This document shows positions 41,514-52,081 of a stretch of 64,000 nucleotides of DNA, one piece after another. Where the stretch lies: the NCBI GenBank assembly GCA_963826715.1, contig CAWGYA010000008.1, positions 960,001 to 1,024,000 of the forward strand, given 5' to 3'. The position numbers were made by a program, and so were the translations under genes. Position 1 is the first letter of the stretch. Each line of letters opens with the position of its first letter. This DNA is from Candidatus Bathyarchaeota archaeon (GTDB taxonomy: Archaea; Thermoproteota; Bathyarchaeia; Bathyarchaeales; Bathycorpusculaceae). The notes below the pieces were generated by a model. That model was not told the origin of the DNA. It searched no databases and worked only from the letters and a program-made list of their open reading frames with translations.

Positions 41514-41797
41514 TGAAATTCCACCAATGATAAATGATTCGTTTATATAACATGGTTCATGAACCGTCATATAAATGATTTTCAACAAGGTTATATAGAA
41601 TATGTGCCATTGTGGAGGGCTGTCTCAAGAATGAAGAGTGCTATAAATGCCGTTAAACACCTGCAAGGTAATGCTAAAAAAAGGTGAAAAAGAGATTGCG
41701 AGCGAGGGCATTTTATGCACAAATGATCCAGACTTACATATTTTAATGCTCACTTGTTCGCGCTAAGCAATAAAAAATTAAAAAGGTTGAAAATATA

Positions 41798-42241
41798 TTG
41801 AAAAAAGTTATCGCTAAACAAGAAGCTTGTATCGGCTGTGGACTATGTGAAGTATACTGCACAGTAGCACACTCCAAATCAAAAGACTTAATCAAGGCCC
41901 ACAATGAGGAAAACCCAAAACCAATAAGTCGTATCCAGCGCGAAATCAGCAAGCCAATCTCGTTTGCTATACAATGTCACCACTGTAAAGATGCCCCATG
42001 CGTACTCGCATGCTTAACCGGTGCCATGACCAAAGACCCAAAAACAGGCAAAGTCATCCACAATAAAGACAAATGTATGGGTTGCTGGACTTGCATCATG
42101 GTTTGTCCCTATGGCGCCATAAAGATGGATAAAGAAAACAAAGTCGTCACTAAATGCGATCTATGCCAGGATCTCAAAGAACCCGCATGCGTTGCTAATT
42201 GCCCCAATCAAGCTCTAATATTCATTGAGGTGAAACGCTAA
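41798..42241 (+). CDS. 4Fe-4S dicluster electron-transfer protein (CooF/HycB-like)
   Basis: CIGCGLCEVYC, CHHCKDAPC..AC, CMGCWTCIMVCP, KCDLC...PACVANCP. Confidence 0.9.
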   Translation: MKKVIAKQEACIGCGLCEVYCTVAHSKSKDLIKAHNEENPKPISRIQREISKPISFAIQCHHCKDAPCVLACLTGAMTKDPKTGKVIHNKDKCMGCWTCIMVCPYGAIKMDKENKVVTKCDLCQDLKEPACVANCPNQALIFIEVKR

Positions 42242-43519
42242 ATGCCCAAGTACGTAATAGTCGGCGCTTCCGCAGCAGGAATTGGCGCAGTGGAAGCAAT
42301 TCATCAAGCAGACCCGCAAGCAACAATTACTATAATCTCCGATGAAGCCTGTCCTCACTACAGTCGCCCCATGATAAGCGACTTTGTCAGCGGCAAAGCA
42401 GACTTCCCTAAGATGAAGTGCCGAGACGACACTTTCTGGATCCAACACAACGCCCAAGCCCTTACAGACAAAAAAGCTACTGCCCTCAATCTCGCAGACA
42501 AAATAGTGACGCTAGAAGGGGGCGAAAAAGTTAGTTACGAGAAGCTTTTGTTGGCGACAGGTGGCAAGCCATTCGTTCCAAAGATGGAGGGCCAAGAAAA
42601 AGACGGCATATTTACATTTACAACTATAAAAGATGCTGAGAGTTTAGTTGCCAAAATGGAGGCTATACAAGCCAAGTCCGCCGTTGTAATCGGCGCAGGC
42701 TTAATCGGTTTAAGCGTAACCGATGCGCTTACTAAACGCGGTTTGAAAGTCACCATGGTTGAGCTGCAGGAAAAAATCCTAAGCCTTCTGCTTGACCCTA
42801 AGGCCGCAGACATAATAGAGAGCGCTGTGAAAGCCGCAGGTGTTGACATCCTGACTGGGCAGTCAGTTCAGAAAATAATCGGTAGAACAGATAATGAAGG
42901 CTCAGTCGGCGGTGTCATCTTAACCAAAGGTGACACAGTGCCTTGTGATCTTGTAATCGTAGCCATCGGCGTTATTCCAAGAACCGAGCTAGTTGCAGGG
43001 ACCGAGGTGAAAACTAACCGCGGTATAGTGGTCGATAATACAATGCAGACCAACGTGCCCGATGTTTACGCTAGCGGCGATGTGGCAGAAGCGTATGATT
43101 TCATCTTGGGGCAAAACAGGTTATTGCCGCTATGGCCACTAGCGGTTGAAGAGGGTCGCGTAGCGGGTTACAATATGGCGGGTCAAAAAACCCTGTATAA
43201 TGGTGGAACTAACATGAGTAGCCTAAAATACTTCGGAATACCCATCGTTTCCATAGGTTTAGCTAACCCCAAAGACGACCCAACACTGGAAGTTCTCATA
43301 AAAGCTGATATTCCAAAAGTATACAAAAAAATTGTGCTAAAAAACAACGTTATTGTAGGCATGACTTTGGTGAATTGCATAGAACGCGCAGGAACGCTAT
43401 TCTATCTTATGAAACACGCAATAAACATTAAGAAATTCAAGTCTCAGTTGCTCTCCGACGACTTCAGTTTAGCTGTTCTGCCTAAGAGCCTCCAGAAACA
43501 AATGACTTTGGTGCAGTAA
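42242..43519 (+). CDS. FAD/NAD(P)-dependent oxidoreductase (NirB/FNOR-like)
   Basis: IVGASAAG, LLLATGG, VIGAGLIG, TNVPDVYASGDVA. Confidence 0.9.
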   Translation: MPKYVIVGASAAGIGAVEAIHQADPQATITIISDEACPHYSRPMISDFVSGKADFPKMKCRDDTFWIQHNAQALTDKKATALNLADKIVTLEGGEKVSYEKLLLATGGKPFVPKMEGQEKDGIFTFTTIKDAESLVAKMEAIQAKSAVVIGAGLIGLSVTDALTKRGLKVTMVELQEKILSLLLDPKAADIIESAVKAAGVDILTGQSVQKIIGRTDNEGSVGGVILTKGDTVPCDLVIVAIGVIPRTELVAGTEVKTNRGIVVDNTMQTNVPDVYASGDVAEAYDFILGQNRLLPLWPLAVEEGRVAGYNMAGQKTLYNGGTNMSSLKYFGIPIVSIGLANPKDDPTLEVLIKADIPKVYKKIVLKNNVIVGMTLVNCIERAGTLFYLMKHAINIKKFKSQLLSDDFSLAVLPKSLQKQMTLVQ

Positions 43520-43521
43520 GA

Positions 43522-44643
43522 ATGGACAAAAACGATAGAAAAATAATTAATCCATATGATGATGACAAGGATTTCTCAGCTTGCGGTATATTCGCCATGA
43601 TGAACACTAACGGTGATCGCTTTGGTTCCAAAGATCCTGTGCGCGCCATGGCAAACATGCATGATCGAGGTAACGGCCTCGGAGGCGGCTTCGCGGTTTA
43701 TGGTATATACCCAGACTTCAAGGACTATTATGCTTTCCACGTCATGTACCTGAGTAAAGAAGCTAAAGAAAGAACTGACCGAATCTTAGCCTCTAAATTT
43801 GATATAGTTTATGACGAAGAAATGCAAACCCGTTCATCTGCGGATGTGCAAAACCCACCGCTGGTTTGGCGTTACTTCGTCCACCCCAAAAAAGGGCAAC
43901 CCGCTGAAAACCAGTCTGAAGAAGATTATGTGATAGAAGCAGTAATGCGGATCAACACCGAAACAGGAAAAGCCTTCGTCTTCTCAAGCGGCAAAGATAT
44001 GGGTGTCTTTAAAGGTGTAGGCTTCCCCGAAGGCGTCGCGGACTTCTTTTGTCTCGAAGACTATCAAGGCTACCTTTGGACATGCCACAGTCGATTTCCA
44101 ACCAACACGCCAGGTTGGTGGGGGGGAGCACACCCTTTTAACATTCTTGACTGGACAGTCGTGCACAACGGGGAGCTCTCCAGTTACGGTATTAACCGTC
44201 GCTATCTGGAGATGTACCGTTACAAATGTACGATGCAAACCGACACCGAAGTTCTGGCGTATGCGGTTGATCTACTCATTCGCCGTCAACATCTTCCAGT
44301 GGAACTCGTCGCTCAAGTTTTTGCCTCGCCACTTTGGGAAGAAATTGACAAGATGGAATCAAAACAAGCTAACCTACTTCGAGCGCTTCGTCAAACATAT
44401 GGAAGCCTGCTCATGAACGGACCTTTCGGTATAGTCATCGCCCACCATGGCGAGATGATTGGATTGGGGGATCGCATTAAATTGCGACCTATGGTAGCCG
44501 GCATCAAAGGTGATTTCCAATTTATCTCATCAGAGGAAGCTGCTATGCGACTTGTCTCCCCTCAACTGGACAAGTTTTGGGCACCACGCGGCGGCGAACC
44601 TGTTGTTTGCAGACTAAAAAACATTAAAATGGGAGGCACCTAA
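43522..44643 (+). CDS. Glutamate synthase amidotransferase subunit (GltB1, Ntn class II)
   Basis: ACGIF after a short propeptide, HDRGNG.GGG, HSRFPTNT..WW.GAHPF, VHNGE, TDTEV. Confidence 0.88.
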   Translation: MDKNDRKIINPYDDDKDFSACGIFAMMNTNGDRFGSKDPVRAMANMHDRGNGLGGGFAVYGIYPDFKDYYAFHVMYLSKEAKERTDRILASKFDIVYDEEMQTRSSADVQNPPLVWRYFVHPKKGQPAENQSEEDYVIEAVMRINTETGKAFVFSSGKDMGVFKGVGFPEGVADFFCLEDYQGYLWTCHSRFPTNTPGWWGGAHPFNILDWTVVHNGELSSYGINRRYLEMYRYKCTMQTDTEVLAYAVDLLIRRQHLPVELVAQVFASPLWEEIDKMESKQANLLRALRQTYGSLLMNGPFGIVIAHHGEMIGLGDRIKLRPMVAGIKGDFQFISSEEAAMRLVSPQLDKFWAPRGGEPVVCRLKNIKMGGT

Positions 44644-46155
44644 ATGAAAACTTACGTATTACCTGAATACTTAGTTGAACGCGACGAGAAGCGATGCATA
44701 CGCTGCAAAGTCTGCGTTAACCAATGCACTTACGACACCCACTCTTACGACGCAGAAACCGACACCATCTGCAGCAAAGACGAGAATTGCGTCAACTGCA
44801 TGCGATGCGTAACTTTCTGCCCAACACATGCCATAACAATAAAAAAGAATCCTAACGCAAGCCGAGAAAACGCGAACTGGACATATGACGCTATACGCGA
44901 CGCAAAACGACAAGCAGAGAGCGGTGCCGTTATAATAACAGGTATGGGCAATGACAAACCTGCATTCACTTACTGGGATCGCATCTTGCTAAACGCTAGC
45001 CAAGTCACCAACCCATCAATCGATCCTCTCCGGGAACCTATGGAAATCCGTACCTATTTAGGCACGAAGCCCGATCATATAGATATAGAGTATAATAACG
45101 GTGTGCCCGAACTAAAGACCCAACTAAATCCGCAGCTCTGTCTCGACACGCCCATAATGTTTTCTGCAATGTCATATGGTGCCATCAGTCTAAACGTACA
45201 TGCAGCCTTAGCACGGGCGGCTTCGGAATGTGGCACCTACTATAACACAGGCGAGGGTGGTCTAGACAAAAACCTCTACCAATATGGCGACCATACCATC
45301 GTACAGGTGGCGTCGGGAAGATTTGGTGTCCACCCCAACTATCTTGATGCAGGAGCGGCCATTGAAATTAAGATTGGCCAAGGTGCAAAACCTGGGATAG
45401 GTGGGCACTTGCCAGGCGAGAAAGTCACTGAACCCGTTGCGAAAACACGTATGATTCCCAAAGGCACTGACGCTCTCTCGCCATATCCACAACATGACAT
45501 CTACTCCATCGAGGACTTGCGCCAACTCATTTACGCACTCAAAGAAGCTACCAACTACACAAAACCCATCTCAGTCAAGATTGCAGCTGTACACAATGTC
45601 GCAGCCATAGCAAGCGGCATTGTCCGCGCGGGAGCGGATATAGTTGCGATGGATGGTGTTAGAGGAGCAACGGGAGCAGCACCAAAAGTAATCCGGGACA
45701 ACGTTGGCATCCCCATCGAGTTGGCGTTGGCACAGGTAGACCAGCGTCTTAGAGATGAGGGCATACGCAACCAAGCATCCGTTGTCATTGCTGGTGGCAT
45801 CCGAAGTGCCGCAGACGTTTTCAAAGCCATTGCATTGGGTGCAGATGCAGTTTACATCGGCACCGCCGCGCTAGTCGCTATCGGCTGTACGGTTTGCCAG
45901 CGTTGCTTTACTGGCAAGTGCCCTTGGGGGATAACCACCAGTGACCCCTGGATCGGAAAACGTGTCAACCCTGATATCGCATCACAACGATTGGTTAACC
46001 TGCTAAATAGCTGGAGTATCGAAATCAAAGATATGATGGGGGGCATGGGCATAAATGCCATCGAAAGCCTCCGTGGCAACCGTTTAGCGCTGCGTGGTGT
46101 AGGTTTATCAGAAAAGGAACAAAAAATCTTGGGCATAAAATTGGCAGGAGAATAA
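44644..46155 (+). CDS. Glutamate synthase FMN-binding subunit (GltB2) with N-terminal ferredoxin
   Basis: MSYGAIS, NTGEGG, QVASGRFGV, EIKIGQGAKPGIGGHLPGEKV, C-x2-C-x2-C-x4-CPWGI. Confidence 0.93.
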   Translation: MKTYVLPEYLVERDEKRCIRCKVCVNQCTYDTHSYDAETDTICSKDENCVNCMRCVTFCPTHAITIKKNPNASRENANWTYDAIRDAKRQAESGAVIITGMGNDKPAFTYWDRILLNASQVTNPSIDPLREPMEIRTYLGTKPDHIDIEYNNGVPELKTQLNPQLCLDTPIMFSAMSYGAISLNVHAALARAASECGTYYNTGEGGLDKNLYQYGDHTIVQVASGRFGVHPNYLDAGAAIEIKIGQGAKPGIGGHLPGEKVTEPVAKTRMIPKGTDALSPYPQHDIYSIEDLRQLIYALKEATNYTKPISVKIAAVHNVAAIASGIVRAGADIVAMDGVRGATGAAPKVIRDNVGIPIELALAQVDQRLRDEGIRNQASVVIAGGIRSAADVFKAIALGADAVYIGTAALVAIGCTVCQRCFTGKCPWGITTSDPWIGKRVNPDIASQRLVNLLNSWSIEIKDMMGGMGINAIESLRGNRLALRGVGLSEKEQKILGIKLAGE

Positions 46156-46160
46156 ACACA

Positions 46161-46970
46161 ATGCAGGTACCTCAACGAGAAAACTCCAAAATTGTTGACC
46201 AAAAATACCTCCACCGCGTTACCCGCGAAGGTAACACCGTAAAAGTGGACGCATGTGACCTCTACTACAAAGACCTTAACTGTATCCTACGGGCAGTTAT
46301 CCAAACGCCAAATATTGAACGCCTAGAAATCCATAACGTTTGCGGACAACGCTACATAGGAACCGACCTAGACACTACTATTCCCATAGACATCTACGGC
46401 ACTCCAGGTAACGACCTTGGAGCTTTTATGAATGGACCCAAAATCACCGTTTACGGTAATGCTCAGGATGGCTGCGGTAACACTATGAACGACGGTGAAA
46501 TCGTAATCCACGGTCACGCGGGTGACGTAACAGGACACAGCATGCGAGGGGGCAAAATCTTCGTCAAAGACTATGTCGGCTATCGTGTGGGTATCCATAT
46601 GAAAGAGTATCAGAAGAAAGTATCCACCATCGTAGTAGGACACACAGCAGGTGACTTCCTAGCCGAGTATATGGCAGGCGGTATTATTCTTATCCTAGGA
46701 TTGAATTTGGAAGGCTGCGAAAAATGCAAGGCGCGATTCGTCGGTACTGGAATGCACGGCGGAGTCCTTTATGAACGCGGCGAAATCCTTAATCCAGTTG
46801 AGGGAAACAAAACCATTCCAGTCGGAAAACGGGACATGAAAACAATCAAAACATTGGTGCTGCAATACTGTAATTACTTCGGTGGCGATGCCAATGCTAT
46901 CCTTGCAGGCGAATTCAAAAAGATACTGCCCATATCTAATCGACCATATGCTAAACTCTTTAGTCACTAA
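46161..46970 (+). CDS. Glutamate synthase GXGXG subunit (GltB3)
   Basis: repeated G...G..M.GG.I beta-helix units (GNDLGAFMNG, GNTMNDG, AEYMAGG, GTGMHGG). Confidence 0.9.
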   Translation: MQVPQRENSKIVDQKYLHRVTREGNTVKVDACDLYYKDLNCILRAVIQTPNIERLEIHNVCGQRYIGTDLDTTIPIDIYGTPGNDLGAFMNGPKITVYGNAQDGCGNTMNDGEIVIHGHAGDVTGHSMRGGKIFVKDYVGYRVGIHMKEYQKKVSTIVVGHTAGDFLAEYMAGGIILILGLNLEGCEKCKARFVGTGMHGGVLYERGEILNPVEGNKTIPVGKRDMKTIKTLVLQYCNYFGGDANAILAGEFKKILPISNRPYAKLFSH

Positions 46971-47147
46971 ACTCTTTTTGAGTTAAGCCGACGAAATCCA
47001 GTTTTTTGCTCAGTTCAATTGGTACATGTTTCTTTATTAAGCTCCGATTGGTACACGAAAAAAACTGTACCGCATTTGAAACGACCTTGCTTATGAACTT
47101 GAATTAAATCTCTATTACTTTTAATTTTTTAGAAAGAAAAGAATGGC

Positions 47148-48299
47148 TTAGAAGAAACTCTGTATTGGAGAATCTTCTTTAGCACATTGTCCCTTGATTT
47201 CTTCGATCTTAGTTTTGGTTAAGGATTTGATGCTGTTGAAATTGGACATTTCGCCATAGCTTACTAAGGTGATTGCGGTGCCTTCTTCACCTTTGCGTGC
47301 CGTTCTGCCAATGCGGTGGAAATACACTGGTGGTTCATTGGGGACATCGTAGTTGATTATATGTGTAATGCCTTCAATGTCAAGACCTCTTGCTGCAACG
47401 TCAGTTGCGCATAAGAGATTACGTCTGCCATGACGGAACTCGTCGATTGAACGGTCCCGTTGCGCCTGGGTGAAGCCTGCGTGAAGAACTTGAGTTCTGA
47501 AACCTCGTTTGTAGAGTTGATCTGCTAATCTGCTTGTTTCGCGCCGTGTGCGACAGAAAATTATGGCTTTCTCTACACGGTCATCTTGGAGAATGTCACA
47601 AAGAGCGTTAAGTTTGCCGCTTTGATTTACTACTGCAAAGTATTGTTTCATTTGAGTTAATGCGATTTCATCTTTACTGACGAGGATTTTCTCAGGATTT
47701 TTCAAGTATTTGGACGATAAGCGCATAACTGATTCGTCCATGGTTGCGCTGAACAAGGCAGTTTGGTGCTCTTTGGGAATTTTAGAAAGTATGAATTCGA
47801 TGTCTTCAATGAATCCCATGTCAAGCATGCGGTCAGCTTCGTCCAAGACGACAAAACGCACAGAACCCAAGTTTAGTACACGTCTTTCCATTAGGTCAAT
47901 GAGTCTGCCGGGTGTGCCAACGACTATTTGAACTCCATTTGAAAGTGCATGAATCTGTTTGTTGATTGATTCTCCGCCATAGACGGGGAGAACTCTTACT
48001 TTTGCATATTTCCCAAATTTAGCGATGTTTTCCGCGTCTTGATTTGCTAATTCGCGGGTGGGTGCCAAAACGAGTCCTTGAACTCCTCTGACTTCACGGT
48101 TTAAATTATGTACCATAGGTACACCGAATGCGGCAGTTTTGCCTGTTCCGGTTTGTGCTTGCCCGATTACATCTTTGCCTTGGAGTAAGGGCATTATTGC
48201 TTGAGCTTGAATCGGAAAAAGAGTTTCAAACCCGAGTTCTTTTATGCTTCTGAGGACTTCACTATTTAGAGGTAAGTCCTTAAATTGTTGAATTTGCAT
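47148..48299 (-). CDS. DEAD-box RNA helicase
   Basis: Q motif, AQTGTGKT, PTRELA, TPGR, DEAD, SAT, ARGLD, HRIGRTAR. Confidence 0.96.
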   Translation of the reverse strand: MQIQQFKDLPLNSEVLRSIKELGFETLFPIQAQAIMPLLQGKDVIGQAQTGTGKTAAFGVPMVHNLNREVRGVQGLVLAPTRELANQDAENIAKFGKYAKVRVLPVYGGESINKQIHALSNGVQIVVGTPGRLIDLMERRVLNLGSVRFVVLDEADRMLDMGFIEDIEFILSKIPKEHQTALFSATMDESVMRLSSKYLKNPEKILVSKDEIALTQMKQYFAVVNQSGKLNALCDILQDDRVEKAIIFCRTRRETSRLADQLYKRGFRTQVLHAGFTQAQRDRSIDEFRHGRRNLLCATDVAARGLDIEGITHIINYDVPNEPPVYFHRIGRTARKGEEGTAITLVSYGEMSNFNSIKSLTKTKIEEIKGQCAKEDSPIQSFF

Positions 48300-49231
48300 T
48301 TCTGTTTTCTTCTGCCACTTTTTTTCATCATGGATTCTCTAAAAGCTTAGGCAGCTTCGGTTGATACATGAGTTAATGTGACAGGCACCAATGAGACTAG
48401 CGCGTATATAAAAGCTTTTAGCAAAATAGAGGCAAACCAAACATTTAAAATATAAAAACACAGAAACTCAACAAAAATTTCTTTGGGGTCAGCGATTATT
48501 GACGATTTCTCACAGCCATAGGCTCAAAGCCGTCGCCTCACATCATTCCGAGAGCAACATGTGTCTCAGAGAAATTTATCTATTTTGATGAACTTGCAAA
48601 GAGCGACAAAAGATAAGAATGAAATGCAATAACACTCCCTAATTTGGTCAACGGTTTAGGAAGTTAAATTCTCTTGATTAAAGTCTTTTTAGATTTTAGA
48701 GTAATCGTATTAGAGAATCACCTCGCTTTGTCGAGAAGTTAATTTTTTGAATTGCGCTTGATTTCAGCTGTCGAGCAACTTGATTGATCTATATAACCTT
48801 AGAAAACTTGTTTGAGTTATTCAATTTTGTTAAGTTATTTTTTTTCTCATCGTGTTTGAAGATAAGCTTCGACCTGACTTGGGGTGCCTCGCAAGGTGAC
48901 CTCGTCAAAGTAGACGAGGTAACTCATTTCGATTTACCGCTAGAAAGTTACAACGAGGAATAACTATTTTCTTCGAGGGTAACAACCCTAATTAATAAAG
49001 CAGATTGTTGACTAAATTATTTTTAGACTCATTCTGATGTATTTTTTCTATTTAATTTTTATTTATAAAGAATTACAGTACAAGTGAAAAAATCGTACAA
49101 AAATCTGATGGTAAATGCCTTTTGCTTCAAAAGCTTCATTTGTTTTAACGACAAATGACGAATCTAAATGCTTAAACATATCCAAGGGTAGCATAGAATA
49201 ATGCGGTTTATTTTGGAGGTGAAAAAGAGAA

Positions 49232-49300
49232 ATGATATTCGAAGAAGAAGATGAATGGGAAGAAGGCGAAGATGAAGAATGGGAAGAAGAAGAATGGTAG
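49232..49300 (+). CDS. 22-aa acidic micropeptide MIFEEEDEWEEGEDEEWEEEEW
   Basis: GGAGGTGA SD at 49215-49222, 9 nt before ATG; TAG at 49298-49300; T-rich tract downstream. Confidence 0.6.
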   Translation: MIFEEEDEWEEGEDEEWEEEEW

Positions 49301-49516
49301 GTTATCTATCTTAACAATCTTTGATTATTTTTCTTTTAAATTTCTTATGTAAATCCGTTTTGAAGTACAAAATTTTCTATGTTGATCTCTGATTGCATAT
49401 TCAGTTGAGTAGAAATAGTATTATTTAGAAGTTAAACTATGGAGAACCCACTGGTTATCTGGCAAGCAATAACTATTTAGGATGTAATGTACCCATATTA
49501 CTTTGTGGTTGTTTAG

Positions 49517-49723
49517 ATGAGCGAAACAAAAATTGAAAAAAATCTTGAGAAAGCTACACATGGTATGGCTGAAATGATGCTGGAGGTTATGGATAGACTT
49601 GCCGGAAAAGAATCCGATCTTAAATTAAGCTTTGAGGACTTAACTCTCGATATGGGAATGTTTAAGGCTAAACTTAACGGTGCGATCGTTTTAGATATCG
49701 TATATGCTAAAGAAGCAACTTAG
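49517..49723 (+). CDS. small hypothetical protein
   Basis: 68 aa, ATG start, protein-like composition, TATA-like element upstream. Confidence 0.65.
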   Translation: MSETKIEKNLEKATHGMAEMMLEVMDRLAGKESDLKLSFEDLTLDMGMFKAKLNGAIVLDIVYAKEAT

Positions 49724-50029
49724 ACTTAGCATGGGGCGGAGAGATTCCCCCAATCTATTTTATGTGCTTTGTTGAATTCGGGAAAAATCAATAATTAGCC
49801 AAATAGTTTTGTGTTTTTGCAGTCAGTTTAACTTCGGGAAAGGCAATGTGTGTTCACTAGTAAAAATAAAATTGTGAATCATGTCAACGGGAGTGTAGCA
49901 TCGATGGAAATTAATAGTTTCAGAAAACTCATGGAAATAAGTCTCTAAGTTGTTATTTTCTGACCAATTGATGATTCAATAGTTTAAATTTATAACTCAC
50001 AGTTTCAATTCACTATTGGTCATAACTCT

Positions 50030-51862
50030 ATGACGCGAATTGCCGTATTAGACTCTGACAAATGTAAAGTCAAAAAATGTAATCAGCTCTGTGTAAACTT
50101 TTGCCCCATGGTGCGGAGCCGAGTGGAAGCTATACGTGTTGAGGGTAACATAGCCTTAATCTCGGAGGCTCTCTGCAGTGGATGTGGAATTTGTGTCAAG
50201 AAATGCCCGTTTAAGGCGATTAGCATCGTCAATTTGCCTGATGAATTAGAGAAGGATTGTAGTCACCGTTTCAGTGCCAATAGTTTTAAACTCTTTCGTC
50301 TTCCTATGCCATCGCCGGGTACAGTTCTTGGGTTATTAGGGCAAAACGGTATAGGCAAAAGCACCACGCTTAAGGTTTTTTCAGGTGAAATCAAACCAAA
50401 TCTTGGCAAATTTGATAATCCTCCTGATTGGTCTGAAATTATTCAGTACTTTAGGGGTTCAAGTCTTCAAGATTACTTCTTGAAGCTTAGCCAAAAGCAG
50501 CTTAAAGTCAGCAGCAAACCTCAATATGTTGACAAAATTCCTAAAGCAGTCACTGGTAGGGCCGGTGACCTTTTGGAGAAGGTTGATGAGCGAAAACAGC
50601 TTGATGCCATAGCGGAGGAGCTTGAGCTTAAAAAAATTTGGGATCGACCGCTTGAAGTTCTCAGCGGCGGCGAACTTCAGAGGGTTGCTGTTGCGGCAGC
50701 ACTTAGCCGAGACGCAGATGTGTATCTATTCGACGAACCATCTAGCTATTTAGACGTTAAGCAGAGACTAGTGGTGGCGCGGGCGATTCGCAGCCTCAAA
50801 GAGCAGGAGAAAACTATAATCGTCGCTGAGCACGACTTAGCTATTATCGATTACCTGAGTGATCAAATATGCGTTTTCTATGGGGAACCAGGTGTTTATG
50901 GTGTTGTTAGCCATGTACATGGTACCCGTACAGGCATCAACATTTACCTACAAGGATACATCCCAGATGAGAACATTATGTTCCGCAAAGAAAGTATAGT
51001 TTTTCACGAGAAGCCACCGACTGCAGGAGAATTAATTGGTGCACCCCTGCTAAAATGGGGCACGATGGAGAAGACTTTCAAAGGCTTCAAACTAGCCATA
51101 GAGCCCGGAGAAATCCGTTCTGGCGAAATCATCGGCATCCTGGGTCCCAACGGTATAGGTAAAACAACCTTCGTCAAAATACTTGCGGGGATCGAAGAAA
51201 CCGACGACAAATATCAACTTGGTAAATTAACAGTCAGCTACAAACCACAATACATCGCCCCAGACTTCCAGGGTACAGTGCAGGAACTGTTGATGGATGT
51301 GGCGAAAGAAAACTTCACATCCAGCTGGTACAAAACTGAAATCGCTACGCCCCTGCGCTTACAGGTGTTACTGGACCGCGATGTTATGGAACTCAGCGGT
51401 GGTGAACTCCAGAAAGTCGCTATAGCTGCGTGCCTGAGCCGTAAAACCGACCTGTTCTTGCTCGACGAGCCCAGCGCATACCTTGACGTGGAAGAGCGTC
51501 TCAACATGGCAAAAACATTGCGACGCGTCGTTGAAGCCCATGGGATACCTGCTTTTGTGGTTGAACATGACGTGGTGACGCAGGACTTCATCGCTGATCG
51601 CCTTATGGTCTTCAACGGACAACCTGGAGAGTCAGGTTTGGCACATCCACCAACGACTCTAAGAGGCGGTATGAACACCTTCCTAAAAGAAATGAACATC
51701 ACCTTCCGTCGTGACTCAACTACCTTCCGCCCACGCGTCAACAAAGAAGGATCGCAGATGGATGAATTCCAGAAGAGCACAGGCGAATACTATTACACTA
51801 AAGTTACAAAAGAAAAAGAGGAAACAGAAGAAAAGAAGCCTGCTAAAAAAGGCAAGAAGTAG
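50030..51862 (+). CDS. ABCE1/RLI ribosome recycling ATPase
   Basis: N-terminal Fe-S (CSGCGICVKKCPF), two ABC domains (GQNGIGKST, GPNGIGKTT, LSGGELQ, DEPS), ITFRRD. Confidence 0.97.
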   Translation: MTRIAVLDSDKCKVKKCNQLCVNFCPMVRSRVEAIRVEGNIALISEALCSGCGICVKKCPFKAISIVNLPDELEKDCSHRFSANSFKLFRLPMPSPGTVLGLLGQNGIGKSTTLKVFSGEIKPNLGKFDNPPDWSEIIQYFRGSSLQDYFLKLSQKQLKVSSKPQYVDKIPKAVTGRAGDLLEKVDERKQLDAIAEELELKKIWDRPLEVLSGGELQRVAVAAALSRDADVYLFDEPSSYLDVKQRLVVARAIRSLKEQEKTIIVAEHDLAIIDYLSDQICVFYGEPGVYGVVSHVHGTRTGINIYLQGYIPDENIMFRKESIVFHEKPPTAGELIGAPLLKWGTMEKTFKGFKLAIEPGEIRSGEIIGILGPNGIGKTTFVKILAGIEETDDKYQLGKLTVSYKPQYIAPDFQGTVQELLMDVAKENFTSSWYKTEIATPLRLQVLLDRDVMELSGGELQKVAIAACLSRKTDLFLLDEPSAYLDVEERLNMAKTLRRVVEAHGIPAFVVEHDVVTQDFIADRLMVFNGQPGESGLAHPPTTLRGGMNTFLKEMNITFRRDSTTFRPRVNKEGSQMDEFQKSTGEYYYTKVTKEKEETEEKKPAKKGKK

Positions 51863-52081
51863 CTATAGGTTTTGTTAGCCGGACCTACCCATCAAATGCA
51901 ACCTTAGCTAACCGCATGCAATCTGCTTAAAGGGCTTCGGGTGACTTTACGATTTTTTGACCAAAGCACCAAATCCTGTTCGGATACGAAACCGTAACGT
52001 GTGTCCTTTGGGGGAAGAAAACAAAGTGGTTTTGGGGCACGTTGGAGTGTATATAAGCAAGTTTCTCCGTTAACCGTACCC

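Noticed and set aside
47017-47072. Short ATTGGTACA direct repeats between convergent genes
   Set aside because: Only 9 bp, two copies, in a terminator region; compatible with chance.
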